Below are positions 12,544 through 25,147 of a stretch of 64,000 bases of DNA, one piece after another. The stretch's first letter is position 1, and each line of letters begins with the position of its first letter. The translations under genes were made by a program, and so were the position numbers. The stretch comes from Paragordius varius (taxonomy: Eukaryota; Animalia; Nematomorpha): assembly GCA_964247055.1 (NCBI GenBank), contig OZ176053.1, positions 2,418,001 through 2,482,000 on the forward strand. The letters are read 5' to 3'. The notes beneath the pieces are model-generated. The model searched no databases. It had not been told where the DNA came from and saw only the letters and a list, made by a program, of their open reading frames with translations.

Positions 12544-14572
12544 ATGAAAGACAGGCTCTCTGCACTAAAAGCGGTATTTTTACTTTAGTTTTTACGTTTA
12601 TCTATAAGACTTAATTCAATACACCAACATTACTCAATGATTTTACCTACCCATTTTATGATATAATACTTGCTTAAATATAATATAAGTAAAACTTGTC
12701 CTCTTATAATCTTATAAGTTTATGGTCAAATTACCTTTAAATTTTTTCAATTTTTCCATCAATTTTTTGAACCGTTGACAACTCTTGCATATATAAAAAA
12801 TTTTTATCGCTTAATTATACTTAAAATTTAGTGAAAACTTTTAATTTACTTATATGATCACGAAATTTGTCAGATCTATCACTTATCAATAACATTATTT
12901 TTATATATATTTGTGTGTGTACTTGCTAATATTTACATAATTCCAAATTTGCACACTTTTATGGTACAAGAGAAGACAACATGCGCACAAAATATTACAT
13001 ATCTATATATTTATAAAAATAGTTTAGTTTTTATTTAAGTAAAAAAAATTATTGATTATTTGACAATATATATTTCTTTATCCCATATTTTATTTTCTCT
13101 TTCAACACTCTAACATAAACTAAAATTACATGCAGATAGATATATATTGTGATTTTTGTCATATTTAGGGAACAAATATTTTTCACCAAAAATTAGATTT
13201 TAATCAGATTTCATTTTGGAAATGTTGAAATTTAGGATTAATTTACCTTTTTTTGTTTAAGTTAAGTCAATACATATTTTATATAAAATTATAATGATTA
13301 TTTCCTTTCTTGGCTTAGAGAAATAATTTTTTACAAAATGAATGGACAATTCATTATAATGTTAATACGTATATATATTTGGTTATTAGAACAGTCAAAA
13401 GTTAATCCTAATGATTTATATAACTATTGGACAATATCTATAACTAAGTTCTTAACTTGTATTTTAGGATAAATTTTTTAGATTAAAAATTGTAATAAAT
13501 GGTTTCGATATAATTTTAAAATAATATTAACCATCAAACCTTGGTTTTAAAAGTTTAATATACATTATTTATTATAAATATAAATTAAATTAATTATAAA
13601 ATTGATTAGTTTGAGATTGATTTTGCCTTTTTTATGTTAAATGGAGTCACGCAATACTATTTCTTTGTCCAAAAATGTAAAAAAAAATTATTAGATTTTT
13701 TTTGGCAAATACAGAGGAAATTATGTACAATAGCATTTATTAAATATTTTTATTTTTGATTAAATATTTTTAATTAAATTTTATACTATTTATTAATATG
13801 GATAAATTAAGCAATTATGTATAAAAACTAGGCGACAAAAATTTTTTAAAGAAACTACCATATACTTTTTTAAACCTTTATTTTTTTCCACATATAAACT
13901 TATTAATTACATTTTTGAAATTCACCCTAAAAATAACTGTGTTTTCGGACTAATATAACCACTTATCATTTATATGAAATATATTTTACTATTTTTTCTG
14001 CATTATATTAATTTTAAACAGACTTTCATATAAAAATATTAATGAATAAAGGTAATTTTAATACTAACAAAACACTTAATTCATATTAAGGGCGAATTGT
14101 TTGTGGGTAATTTTAAATTTTATAAGGGTTAGAATATGTAGATAATTGAGTGATGAACAATTAAAATCTCTATTCCTTAATTTGCAACCTAAAACTATGA
14201 ACAATACTTGTATAAAAATCATGGTGTAAAAAGTATGGTTTTTTGAAAACAAAAATATTTGTCTTTTAGTTTTTAATTTTATTTGTATACTTTCAAATTT
14301 TAATGTAAAGTATATATATATATATATATATATATGAATTTAATTACTCATCTTTTGAGAATTTGATTGAATAATTTGATGACACATCAATGCTACAAAT
14401 GCATATATGGATAATGAACAAATTATGTTTTTGTATTACATATCTCGATAAGCTGTATCTTAATATTCAATCGCTATTTATATTTTTTATCAATTTTCGC
14501 AAGCCAAAATTATTATAATAAAAGCGTTTTTATTACGCGAGAAAAATCTCGAAAAACTTAGCGGGCGCATTT

Positions 14573-14635
<63 letters not shown>

Positions 14636-17600
14636 GAATATTTGCACGAATTTTCAACTAAATGTTTTCATAATATTTTATATATATGCGAACGTTATAT
14701 AATATACCTTTTTTTCAAAATCTATTGTAAATAATTCAAAAGTGATTGTACGGCATGAATACGCGGTTCTTCCGGTTATAACTCAATTATTTTGTCTTAA
14801 TAAGTTTAGATCCCTGGAAAATTTGCATTTGATGTTATTTTCTCGAATTTAGACAAATCTCTGGGAGTAAAGAATTTTTTTAGCAAAAAAGTTTATAATT
14901 TTAAAAAATTTTACAGGACAAAAAAATGGTTTTAAAAATAAGTGTTTATAATTTTCGCGTTTCCTAATCATTCCTTAGCTATTGGGCATTTTTGCTCTCT
15001 TAAAAATATCATATTTTTATGGTATATAATTATTGTTTAAACAAAAAGATATTTAATGGTATATTATAGATACTTTTTTTAAGTCAACCAACCTAATTTT
15101 GGTTTATATGCAATGGAATAATAATCGATATCATATAAATCTTATATTTATGGTTCATTGAATAATTTAATGGACTTTTTGTCATAAAGACCCTGTATAT
15201 CCTACACTACTGCCTAATTTTTGTTTAAAGGATTAATTGTATATTATTAATTTCAATTTTTGAATCAAACTTTTTTGGAAACATATTTAAATAAAGCATA
15301 AGCTTAATTTTAATTTTAAAGCCATTTGCCATACTTAATTAGCGGGCTAAAAAACTTTCTCTAGCATTTATTATTATCTTTTTACTTTTTAGTTGCTTTA
15401 GGGTGTTTTAAAAATTTTCAATGAGACTTAAAAAATGAACGAAAAAATCCCAAAATTTAAGATATTATTACTTAATGATTAAACTAAAAGCTATCTTATG
15501 GGTTTAAGCTCATAGACATGATTCTTAAATATTTTGTTTTTGTATTACTACTTACTGTGCAATAAAAATCAAAATTATACAGATAAAACTTAAAAACTAA
15601 AACACAAATATTTTATTTTTTTTCTCAAAAGACAACCAATTACTATACTTTCCTTAAATTTTGAATCATACGTATAATTGAATTTGTTACCAATTTACAC
15701 CATCCCTCTCCCTTCAAACATAAACAATTAGTCATATTTTAATAATATTAGGTTAAAACTATATCTCTTTTTTTGAGAATAAAATGATTATACATCCGTA
15801 TAATTTTAAATATATTGGAAAAAATATTTCTCATTATATATATATATATATATATATAACTTTTAATTAATTTGGTCTTATTTGCACAAAATTCCAAGAA
15901 AATTTAAAACCAAGTCATATTTGTAAAATAATCGTTTAAAAATGCCCTTTTTAAGATACCTCTTTGAATATGGTTCGCTCTTCAGTGGCGTAATTAGAGG
16001 TAAGGGGGGAATACCAGGTGCCATAGTTGAAGGGGTGCGCCGGATTTTAATAAATTTTAATTTTATTTCAAAAAAATAGGATTCAAAAGTTATTATTATA
16101 AATAACTAATATATTAAAAATCCCCTATTTATGAGTATGGTTTGAATCTGATTTTTTTAAATGGCAAGAGGTTGCTTGGAGAGGGGCCCATAAATGCAAG
16201 CTATGCCTCTGTCGCTCTTCGAATTTTAAAATTACAAATGCCAAAATAAGTGTAATTTATCTAATTTTTTAAATATTTATTTATTTATACTTTTTACGAC
16301 ATATTCAATCATATATTTTTTGCGCTGTGAAATTCATTTTCAAAATTTTTCTAAATTTCATAAAATATATTAACTAATTGGTTTTTTTCGTAAAGCTTTT
16401 TTTGCCTCATCCTACACAAATTTAATTAAGGGAATTAACTTAAGTTGAGTGGATGTGGATTGTTGGAAGACATATCTGTCAATTCAAATTATTTAGACAG
16501 GATAAAAATTATTGAACTAAAACATGTGTATGTATGTAAGTATGTATATTTTGACATTTTAATTTAAATTCAAATGGCTTATTATTATTGAGTACTAAAT
16601 AAAATTTTAGGCTGTCCAATGAATGATTAATTCTATTTATAAAAAAACGTAATAACTTTTTTTACAAATAACTTTAATATAGTTAAAACCATTTGTCTTC
16701 TATTTATGATTTAGGAATTTGTTTTGCCATTCATTTTTTTTAGTTTCCTAAAAAATGGCTTATTTGCATAAATTAATATATTTTATACTAGAAATTATAG
16801 TTTGACATTCATTACATATAACGTTTTCTAAAATATTTATTTCTATAATTTTTTATGTATGCGCTTATAAGAATAATGCCCCCCCCCCCCGTTATAACCC
16901 GATTGTGGGTAAAATCACTACCTCGTTCAATATTCGCATCATGACTTTTTTTCAAAAAAAAACTAAATTTAATTAATTTTAAAGTAAATACATATTTAGT
17001 TTTTTTGCCTTTATGAGATATAATTTTAAAATTATTTTTTTATTCATTAGTGGTTTTTAAAATTATATCAAACCAAAAAATTTTGTTAAAACCCCAAATA
17101 TATCAAAATTAGCTAATATTAGTAAAATGATTAATTTAGCATATCAAGTTCCCTATTTCGATTGGTTTTTTTTACCTTAAATAGTTTAAAATAGTTATTG
17201 ATTAATAAGTTATATATTTAATAGAACAACACACATTTAATCAATAAAGAAATATTTGCCCGCAAAATAGTATATGGGTTTTTTTTCGTCAAAATTATAT
17301 ATCTATTTTACTTTTGATATGGCAACTATATATTCCGAATTTTATAGGAACTTACCTTTTGGGGTAGTTTTATATCCCAAAGCGATAAATATCTTTCTGA
17401 ATAATACAATTTTTTTTGAAAAAATGTATATAAATCTTCATCTCAAACTTTTTGCCGCCATTTTTTTCTATAATTTTTTTTAAATCGCTAATGCAACAGA
17501 CAAATAAAATGTGTTTTATGGTCAAATGGAAATTATTAACTTTAAAGATTTCAGGGTTACATTACAACTTGATATATATTGATTTTAATATCAACTGTTT

Positions 17601-18966
17601 GTTTCGATCGTCTTTTGAGGTTGTCAAAATCAGATTCTAGATATCATAAAGAAAAATAGCTTTTTTATCTCATTCACATAAGTTAAATGTTTGATTAATT
17701 TTTAACATAAATAAGTTTCAAAATTATAGTTTATATATAAAATTGAGCTCTGATAAAGGTAAATGTTAAAAAAATTATGTTTATTTGCAACCAACAATAA
17801 TCTCTTAATTATAATTATTAACTAATTGTAATAAAAATATATTTTTTTGGTATTTTTATTTGTCGCAAAGATTTTAATTTTATTTAATTATTACATAAAA
17901 ATATTGTTAAAATATAAATTAAAAATACTTAAAATTGTATCACTACAGTCTAATATTTAGATTACTCACATAAAAATTAATATCTTCTAGACATATCTAA
18001 AATACTTAAAAATCATTTTTATTATTTTTAAATTAAAGCCTAAAATAATTAGTAACATGTTTCCAATAATTATTTTACATTTTTAAAAATGCTTTTCTTA
18101 AAAATATTTCGTTGAAAAAGCCATATAAACACAATATATAACCAAACACAGCGGTCTTGGTTCTTTTTGTCGTATCTGATGGTTGAAATTTTATTTTATA
18201 ATTCATTTACAGTAAAAATTTACAATTATACGGACAAAACGTAGACCAATTTTTCAAAAGACAACTCCATTCTTTTTATACCATATGTTATTCTATAAAA
18301 GGCATTTCAATCGTAAAATACTTAATTGATTGTGCCTTATTTTATACTTTGCAACAATAAATTATATTTAAAAAAATCAAGATTTTAAAAGTATGGTTGT
18401 CGTTTAGGAAAAATATTTGACCTTGTATTTTACGTTTTGTCCGTATTATTTCAATTTTTACAGTAATTTTATACATTTTTTTAAAAAAAACCATCCTGCA
18501 TATCTTTTAATGATAAATGTGGGAAAATGCAATATAGCATATAAAACTGCTGTTAAAATCAATATTTTTGTAAAAACAAATTAAATTTTTTAATTTAAAA
18601 AAATAATCTAAAATTTTATTTTCGTTCAACATAGGCACAAAGCGATGATGATGAAACGACACACCCTGAGGAAGTGGCACTTGATGTCGGAGGTGTGGGA
18701 CGCACAGGATTTATGGATGAATTTTTTGAACAGGTAAAAAAATATTTTTTTAAATAATTTTTAAAAAAAATGTTAAAAATGTTCCTTGATTTGACATATA
18801 TATACCATTTACAATTCAAATTCACCCTTAAATAATTCAAATTCACCCTTAAACAATTTAAAATCACCCTTAAACAATTCAGCACCCTTTAAACAATTTA
18901 AATTCACCCTAAACTAAATTGCGTGTTTTTTTAGATTAAAAATTACTTATATATTTATATATATAT

Positions 18967-19023
<57 letters not shown>

Positions 19024-22000
19024 TAAAAAAATAAAACTCCGTTTAAAATTTAAAATAATACCAAAAAAATAATCAACTATGCCATATAGATATAATTCAT
19101 ATTAAAGTTAAGTTATGTGTGTCCGAAACACTTAATTTATTTTTAAGGTGAATTTGGATTGTTCAAGGGTGAATTTAAATTGTTAGAGGGTAAGATATAG
19201 TTAAATTATTGTTCAAGGTGAATTTGAATTGGAAATGGTATTCAAAGTGATTATCAATATTTACAATGAGATATGAATATATAAAAGTCACTTATTTTGT
19301 TTAGTTTTTTTATTGGATCATATGTTGATTTTTTTGAACGTTATAGTGAATTTTTTAAGAAGCTAATTATAAAATACTCTGTACACATAAAAATTTCATT
19401 TTTAGTTTGAATCTTAGTCATTCTGGATGGTTCATTTTTAATTTTTTAAATTGCAAAAATTACAAAAAAATACTTTTTTCTCTTACAAAGTTTACATTCT
19501 AAACTTTTTACATCTTAAAGTCCGGATGAATAAGGCATTTTTCACATACCAGTGTGAATTATTTTATAAATTTTTTATTGGATTTGATATTAAACAGATT
19601 TTTATTTTCATGATTGTAATAATAATTAGCATTTTCTATTCCTGGCTTTTAAATTTTTTTGCGTTAATTTACAGGTGGAAGAAATTCGTAATAATATAAA
19701 TAAAATTGCCGCAAATGTTGAGGAAGTAAAGAAAAAGCATAGTGCTATCCTATCAGCTCCACAATCAGATGAAAGTATTTTTTTTTAATGTTTTTTGGTC
19801 GTTTTTTAAAAAAGTTTTTTATTAAAATACAAAAGAAATTCCTTAAAATTCTTTTTCTCTTTCTTCATGAACCGTTTTAAATGAATATTAGAGATTATAT
19901 AATAATGCATATTTTTTGGTGTTTTTCTTTAATAAAATTATAGTTTTTAAAGGATTAATTGTTTAGAGATGTAGTACAAAAAAGAAATTATATGGACAAA
20001 ACGTAAAAGTCATAATGATAAATTATATAACAACAGCCATACTGTTTTTCATTTAACTAAATGGTTTTGGGTTGTTAGATACGTAAGTAAAGATGTAAGT
20101 TGTTTTTTATACATTGAATTTATATATTCAAAATTGTAATTAGTAGTTTGTTTGGGAATAATTAAGGTTTAAAATAAGTTTGGTTATTTTTTTATAAAAA
20201 AGTCTTTTAACTTTTACGTTTGTGTGTAAATTTCAAACATTTTTCCTTAATGTTTTGTTTTGTAATAACAATTGTTATAAAGTATACTAAACTGAAAATG
20301 TTATGAAAATTATATACGGACAAACGTAAAAATATAAAGACAATTTTTATTCAAAACACAACCCCACATTTTTAACTCTATGTTTTTTTAAAAAATTATT
20401 TTATCACAATCAAACATAATAAATTATATGTTACCAATTTACATCTTATTTTATACCCTCTTCGTCGGTTTAAAACAATCACTTATAATTAAAATAACCA
20501 AGATTTGAAAAGTATGGCTGTTTTTTGAAGAAAAAATTTTGTCTTTATATTTTTACGTTTGTCCGTATATAATTTTCATAACATTTTCAGTTTAGTATAC
20601 TTTATACCCTTACTTCACAGATTTAACAATTGTTACGTCAATACAAAACATTATGGAAAAATGTTTTTTTTTAATTTTACATCAGACAAAACGTAAAAGT
20701 CAATAGACAATTTTTAAAAAAATAACCAAACTTATTTTAAACCTTAATTATTCCCAAATAAACTACTAACTACAATTTTGAAAATGTTAATTCAGTGTAT
20801 AAAAAACAACTTACATCTTTACTTACCCATCTAACAAACCCAAAACCACTAAGTTATATGAAAAAAAGTATTGTTGTTGTCTTCTTATAATTCATCTTTA
20901 TAGTTTTTACGTTTTGTCCGTATAATTACTGTATGTGACACAACCGTTTATCAATAATAATCGCAGACTAATTTAACACATATCATATATTATCTTTTTT
21001 ATCATATCATTTTAAATATAATTGATTCGAAATTTAATTTTATTATTTTTAGTTCAATTTCTAGTTTAGTTTGTCCATTTATATCATTATTTCTTGGTTA
21101 CGTTTATGTTATATTTTGTATAGAAACAAAACAAGAATTAGAAGAACTCATGGCTGATATTAAGAAAACTGCTAATAAAGTCCGCGGAAAATTAAAAGGT
21201 TCCCCTCTTTTCCTTATTCTTATACAGTATGCATTCTAATGGTTGCTTATTTTACACTAAAGTTGGGCGATTTGCAACACACAGTAGGGTATGGAAAAAC
21301 AAAAAAATGTCTGAAAAATAATTATTTTTTCTTTTCTTTTTTTCCATACACTACTGTGTGTTGCAAATTACCCAACTATAGTGTGAAATAAGCAACCATT
21401 AAAATGTACATACTGTATTTTGATTAAATATGATTCAAAAATATTTACGATTCAAAAGTATATTTTATATACAGTAAAAATTTAAATATTACGGACAAAA
21501 GTGAAAATATTAAGACAACATTTTTTTTTAAAACACATTTTTTAAACCTTAATGTATCCTTTAAAATGGATTATACAATTGTAAAGTAATACATATTTGA
21601 TTGTTTTAACAATACATATCTCTATTTCATACATTAAACTTTTAATAAACAATGATCAGTTATAATTTAAAAAACATCGAGAAGCATGGTTGATCTTTAT
21701 TTGGAAAAAAAAATATTTGTCTCAATATTTTAACGTTTTATCCGTATTTTTTCAATTACTTGGATATTTCCATCATTCAACTCATCTTTTTTGTAACTTT
21801 TATTATGATAAAAGATTCTCTTAAATAGGAAAAATAGTAGTTACTAAACAATTTTTTTTTCAACAAAGTTTTATTGCAGATTAATTGCTTTTTGTTAGCA
21901 TAATTGTCTAATACAGAATCCAGTGCCATTTTTTTGTTCAAAGAAATTAATTTATTTTTTCAATTTATATTAATATGTGCCTCCCCTGTCTTTTTATTTA

Positions 22001-25000
22001 GTTTAAACTTTTTATGATATTGATTTTTGACCGTGTTTTAATTACAGTTATATATATATATAATTTAGCTATGGAACAAGGTATCGAACAAGAGGAACAA
22101 GCTAATAAAACTTCTGCTGATATACGAATTCGTAAAACTCAGGTAATTAAACTCAAAAAAATAATTTATTTTGGATAAAATTTATTGACTGCTTTATACT
22201 TGAAAAGCAAAATAGGTAAATATTAAAAAATGGTTATGGGATTTGTGTTAAATAGTTTAACTTGTTTTGTATAAAGATAAGGTAATTTTTGCAAAAAAAG
22301 GGGGGTGGGGGCAAAATTCCGTTAGAAAATATCGGGTTTATTTAACACAATTTGATAAGGTATAATATTACTTCTATAATTAAAATAAAAGAACATTTAC
22401 GCTAGTTTTGAATGCAAAAATAAGATATTGATTATGGAAGGGCATGCATGAAAAACAAATACTTTATTAAGAATAGTTTTGGGTTGCAGAATAAGCCTTA
22501 GAGAATAAATTAATAAAACGTTTCAAAAAAAATTAAAAAAAAATTAAGGTTAAAAAACATGGGTTGTCTCTTTGTTTAAAGGAAAACGTAGCTTTGAATT
22601 AAGTTTTTCCATATTTTAAATTTTCATTTTTACTTGCTTTTTTTCGAATTTTATAAGCAAAAAAGATGTAAATTAATTACATAACTCAATTAAATATTTT
22701 ACATATAATTTAGGTGTAAAAATCAAATTTTTAATACATATTTTATATATATCTTTTTTTTAAAAAAATATAAAAGAATTATTTTGTAAATTTAATTTTT
22801 AGCATTCAACCCTATCACGAAAATTTGTGGAAGTTATGACTGATTATAATACTACACAAACAGATTATAGGGAACGGTGTAAAGCACGTATTCAACGACA
22901 ATTAGAAATAAGTTTGAAATACATTTTATTTTGCTTTATTTTTTTGTTTTTTTATACACGTTTTTTATGATTAAAACTTGAAACTTTTGTTTCTATTTTA
23001 TTTTAAAAATTGAAATTTTCGGCTTTTTTGATGAATAATTTTTAAAATATCCTATCTTAAAATGTAAAATCCTTTTTTTATTAATCGTACTTTACTGAAA
23101 ATATTGTTTTGTTATTTATTATCGAATTTCTTGAATTTTTCTCGCGTGTGAATATTTAATTTAAATTTTTTTAATATTGATACCAAATTCTTACCTTTTT
23201 TTACATTTTATTAGCTGGTAGAGCCACATCTAATGAAGAACTTGAAGAAATGTTAGAAAGTGGAAATCCTGCTATTTTCACTCAAGGAGTATATTTTAAT
23301 TCTTATTTAGATAATATTATAAAAAAAATGCCAAAATTTTTATTGGTTACATTCCTTGTTCCACTTTGTTGCCCATTTTTAATTTTACTTAAACATGCTT
23401 AAAACGAATTTGTAAGCTAAGTTATTACTTATTTTATTATTATTTGCTATTTTTCCCTTACAATTTTATGAAAACCCTACACTTTTTATTTTGCTGTTTT
23501 TTTTCCAATACACGTATCGTCTTTGTGTAATGGCTAGCCATTGTATCCGTATAGAAGCTGTCTGTAATATCTGCGATCTGCCAGGCGTTATCATGTCAAT
23601 GTTGGCAACTCTTAAATCATTATTTATTGTTTTTCCCAGTTAAATGTTGGTCCACCCCTGCGATTACCTTCGAGATGTAGGGATAAAATTTTATTTGTCC
23701 ATTGTTCTGGAGCACGTTTGATGGTCCGAAATATCTAAGCCTTTTTTTCTGAGCATAACATTTAAAGGTTCGATTTGGTACAGTTGATGTAAATTTGAAT
23801 TTGATTTATTGGATTGGAATAAATTTAGCACCGTTTTTCTAAGTTCTTTAGTTTTTTTCTCGATCGAATCTGTCATCGGCCACGTCTCGCTACTCAGTTG
23901 TTATATATAATTACAACTCAAATCACCCCTGAACAATTTAAATTCACCCTAGAATAAATTATGTGTTTTTATCTATATTAAAACTTGCCTCTTATACTTT
24001 TAAAAAATAAAATTTCGTTTAAAATAAACATAATACTGAAAAAATTATATATGCCATAAAGAAATATTCATAATAATGATGAGTTATATCAGCCCGAAAA
24101 CACATTATTTATTTTTAGAGTGGAATTGTTCAAGGGTGTTAATTTGCTGTCTATATGGGCTATAATACGAATTAAGCATTTAATAAGTTTTTAACAAAAT
24201 GCTAAATTATGTGCATTTCAGATAATTATGGAAACGCAACAAGCTAAACAATCCCTGGCTGATATAGAGGCCAGGCATCAGGATATTATAAAACTAGAAA
24301 CTAGTATACGGGAATTACATGATATGTTTATGGATATGGCTATGTTAGTTGAGAGTCAGGTATTTAAAAATATACTTTTAATACTTTTTTCACATAAAAA
24401 ATGTACAATATAATAAAAATGATAAAATTTACGGATACGAAATATTTAAATTATATGAAAAGGATGTAACTTATTCTATTGAAACCTTTAAATCGGTTAT
24501 CTAGTCCTTTTAATTTTTAATGCGAAAAACTATTCAAAAATTGACAGTCTCATTGTCTTTATGTTTAATTTGCATCCTAATTAAAATTATCGTTAAATAT
24601 AATAAATTAAGTAACCCGCAAAGCAGTAAAATTATCAAATACTATCAATTTTTATTTTTTATATGGCTTCTAAGATTAGAGATTGAATTATATGTTTAGT
24701 TTTACCCCAAAAAAACAGATTTTATGTTTTGAGTTGGTAGTTATCATACTTTTTTTATTGTTATATTTTACTATATTTTTTAACAATTTCATGATAATTA
24801 TAGGGAGAAATGATCGACAGAATCGAATTCAACGTTGAACAATCGGTAGATTATATTGAAACAGCTAAAATGGATACCAAAAAAGCCGTTAAATATCAAA
24901 GCAAAGCCCGTCGAGTAAAATATTTTACCTGTTTTTTCTTAAAAAATGCTATTCATTTTATTAATTACATTTGGGATATTTTTTGATGATTTTGCAACAT

Positions 25001-25147
25001 AATTAATTTTAAATTTAGTTATATACAAATTTTTAAAATATATATTTTATACTATTTTTTTGCATTTAGAAAAAAATCTTAATCATAATATGCCTTATAA
25101 TATTGGTCATAATTCTCGTTTCCGTATTAGCCGGTGTCTTTGGGTAA
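12544..25147 (+). CDS. STX1A: Syntaxin-1 (UNC-64/Syx1A-type plasma-membrane Qa-SNARE), 10 exons
   Basis: Exons 12544-12573 ([10 protein letters not shown]), 18635-18733 ([15 protein letters not shown]), 19675-19774, 21124-21198 ([21 protein letters not shown]), ~22070-22142, ~22803-22911 ([20 protein letters not shown]), ~23215-23288, ~24223-24360 ([33 protein letters not shown]), ~24804-24914 ([20 protein letters not shown]), ~25070-25147 ([27 protein letters not shown] anchor). All GT-AG. Confidence 0.97.
15983..16211. mobile_element. hAT-type MITE, 229 bp, in syntaxin intron 1
   Basis: TIR CAGTGGCGTA / TATGCCTCTG with a perfect 8-bp target-site duplication TCGCTCTT (15975-15982, 16212-16219). 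Confidence 0.9.
17340..17520. repeat. Dispersed repeat (family F), similar to ~53055-53270; related arms at ~41305-41350 and ~42160-42210 (inverted pair)
   Basis: Shared GGGGTAGTTT.ATATCC and AAACTTTTTGCCGCCATTTTTT..ATCGC.AATGCAACAG blocks. Confidence 0.55.
18210..18463. mobile_element. Tc1/mariner-like MITE (family B); more copies at ~19975-20230, ~20310-20580, ~20680-20923, ~21470-21760, ~25180-25435, ~27550-27800, ~29075-29315, ~57780-58040
   Basis: TA|CAGTAAAAATT..TACGGACAAAACGTA arms inverted at both ends; TA flanks. Confidence 0.75.
18803..19241. mobile_element. Foldback-like MITE (family A) with 4-5 tandem 21-bp units per arm and an internal (TA)n
   Basis: TACCATTTACAATTCAAATTCACCCTT(AAATAATTCAAATTCACCCTT)n ... 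GGTGAATTTGAATTGGAAATGGTA. Confidence 0.85.
19975..20923. repeat. ~950-bp composite palindrome made of three family-B MITEs and mirrored spacers
   Basis: ~19975-20380 is the approximate reverse complement of ~20500-20923, including non-TIR spacer sequence (GAAAATGTTATGAAAATT/AATTTTCATAACATTTTC; TTTAAAATAAGTTTGGTTATT/AATAACCAAACTTATTTTAAA). Confidence 0.85.
21225..21415. mobile_element. Tc1/mariner-like MITE (family C); more copies at ~6179-6381 and ~6797-6949
   Basis: TA|CAGTATG..ATGGTTGCTTATTT..GTATGGAAAAA arms of ~75 bp, inverted; TA flanks. Confidence 0.8.
23510..23895 (-). mobile_element. 5'-truncated non-LTR retrotransposon remnant (RTE-like RT C-terminus) in syntaxin intron 7
   Basis: With two frameshifts reads [60 protein letters not shown], matching the RTE pattern LRWFGHxxRM..K.IL....G.R.RGRP...W...V..DL. 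Confidence 0.75.

Noticed and set aside
16869-16880. Poly-C run (G-quadruplex candidate)
   Set aside because: A single isolated homopolymer with no supporting context.
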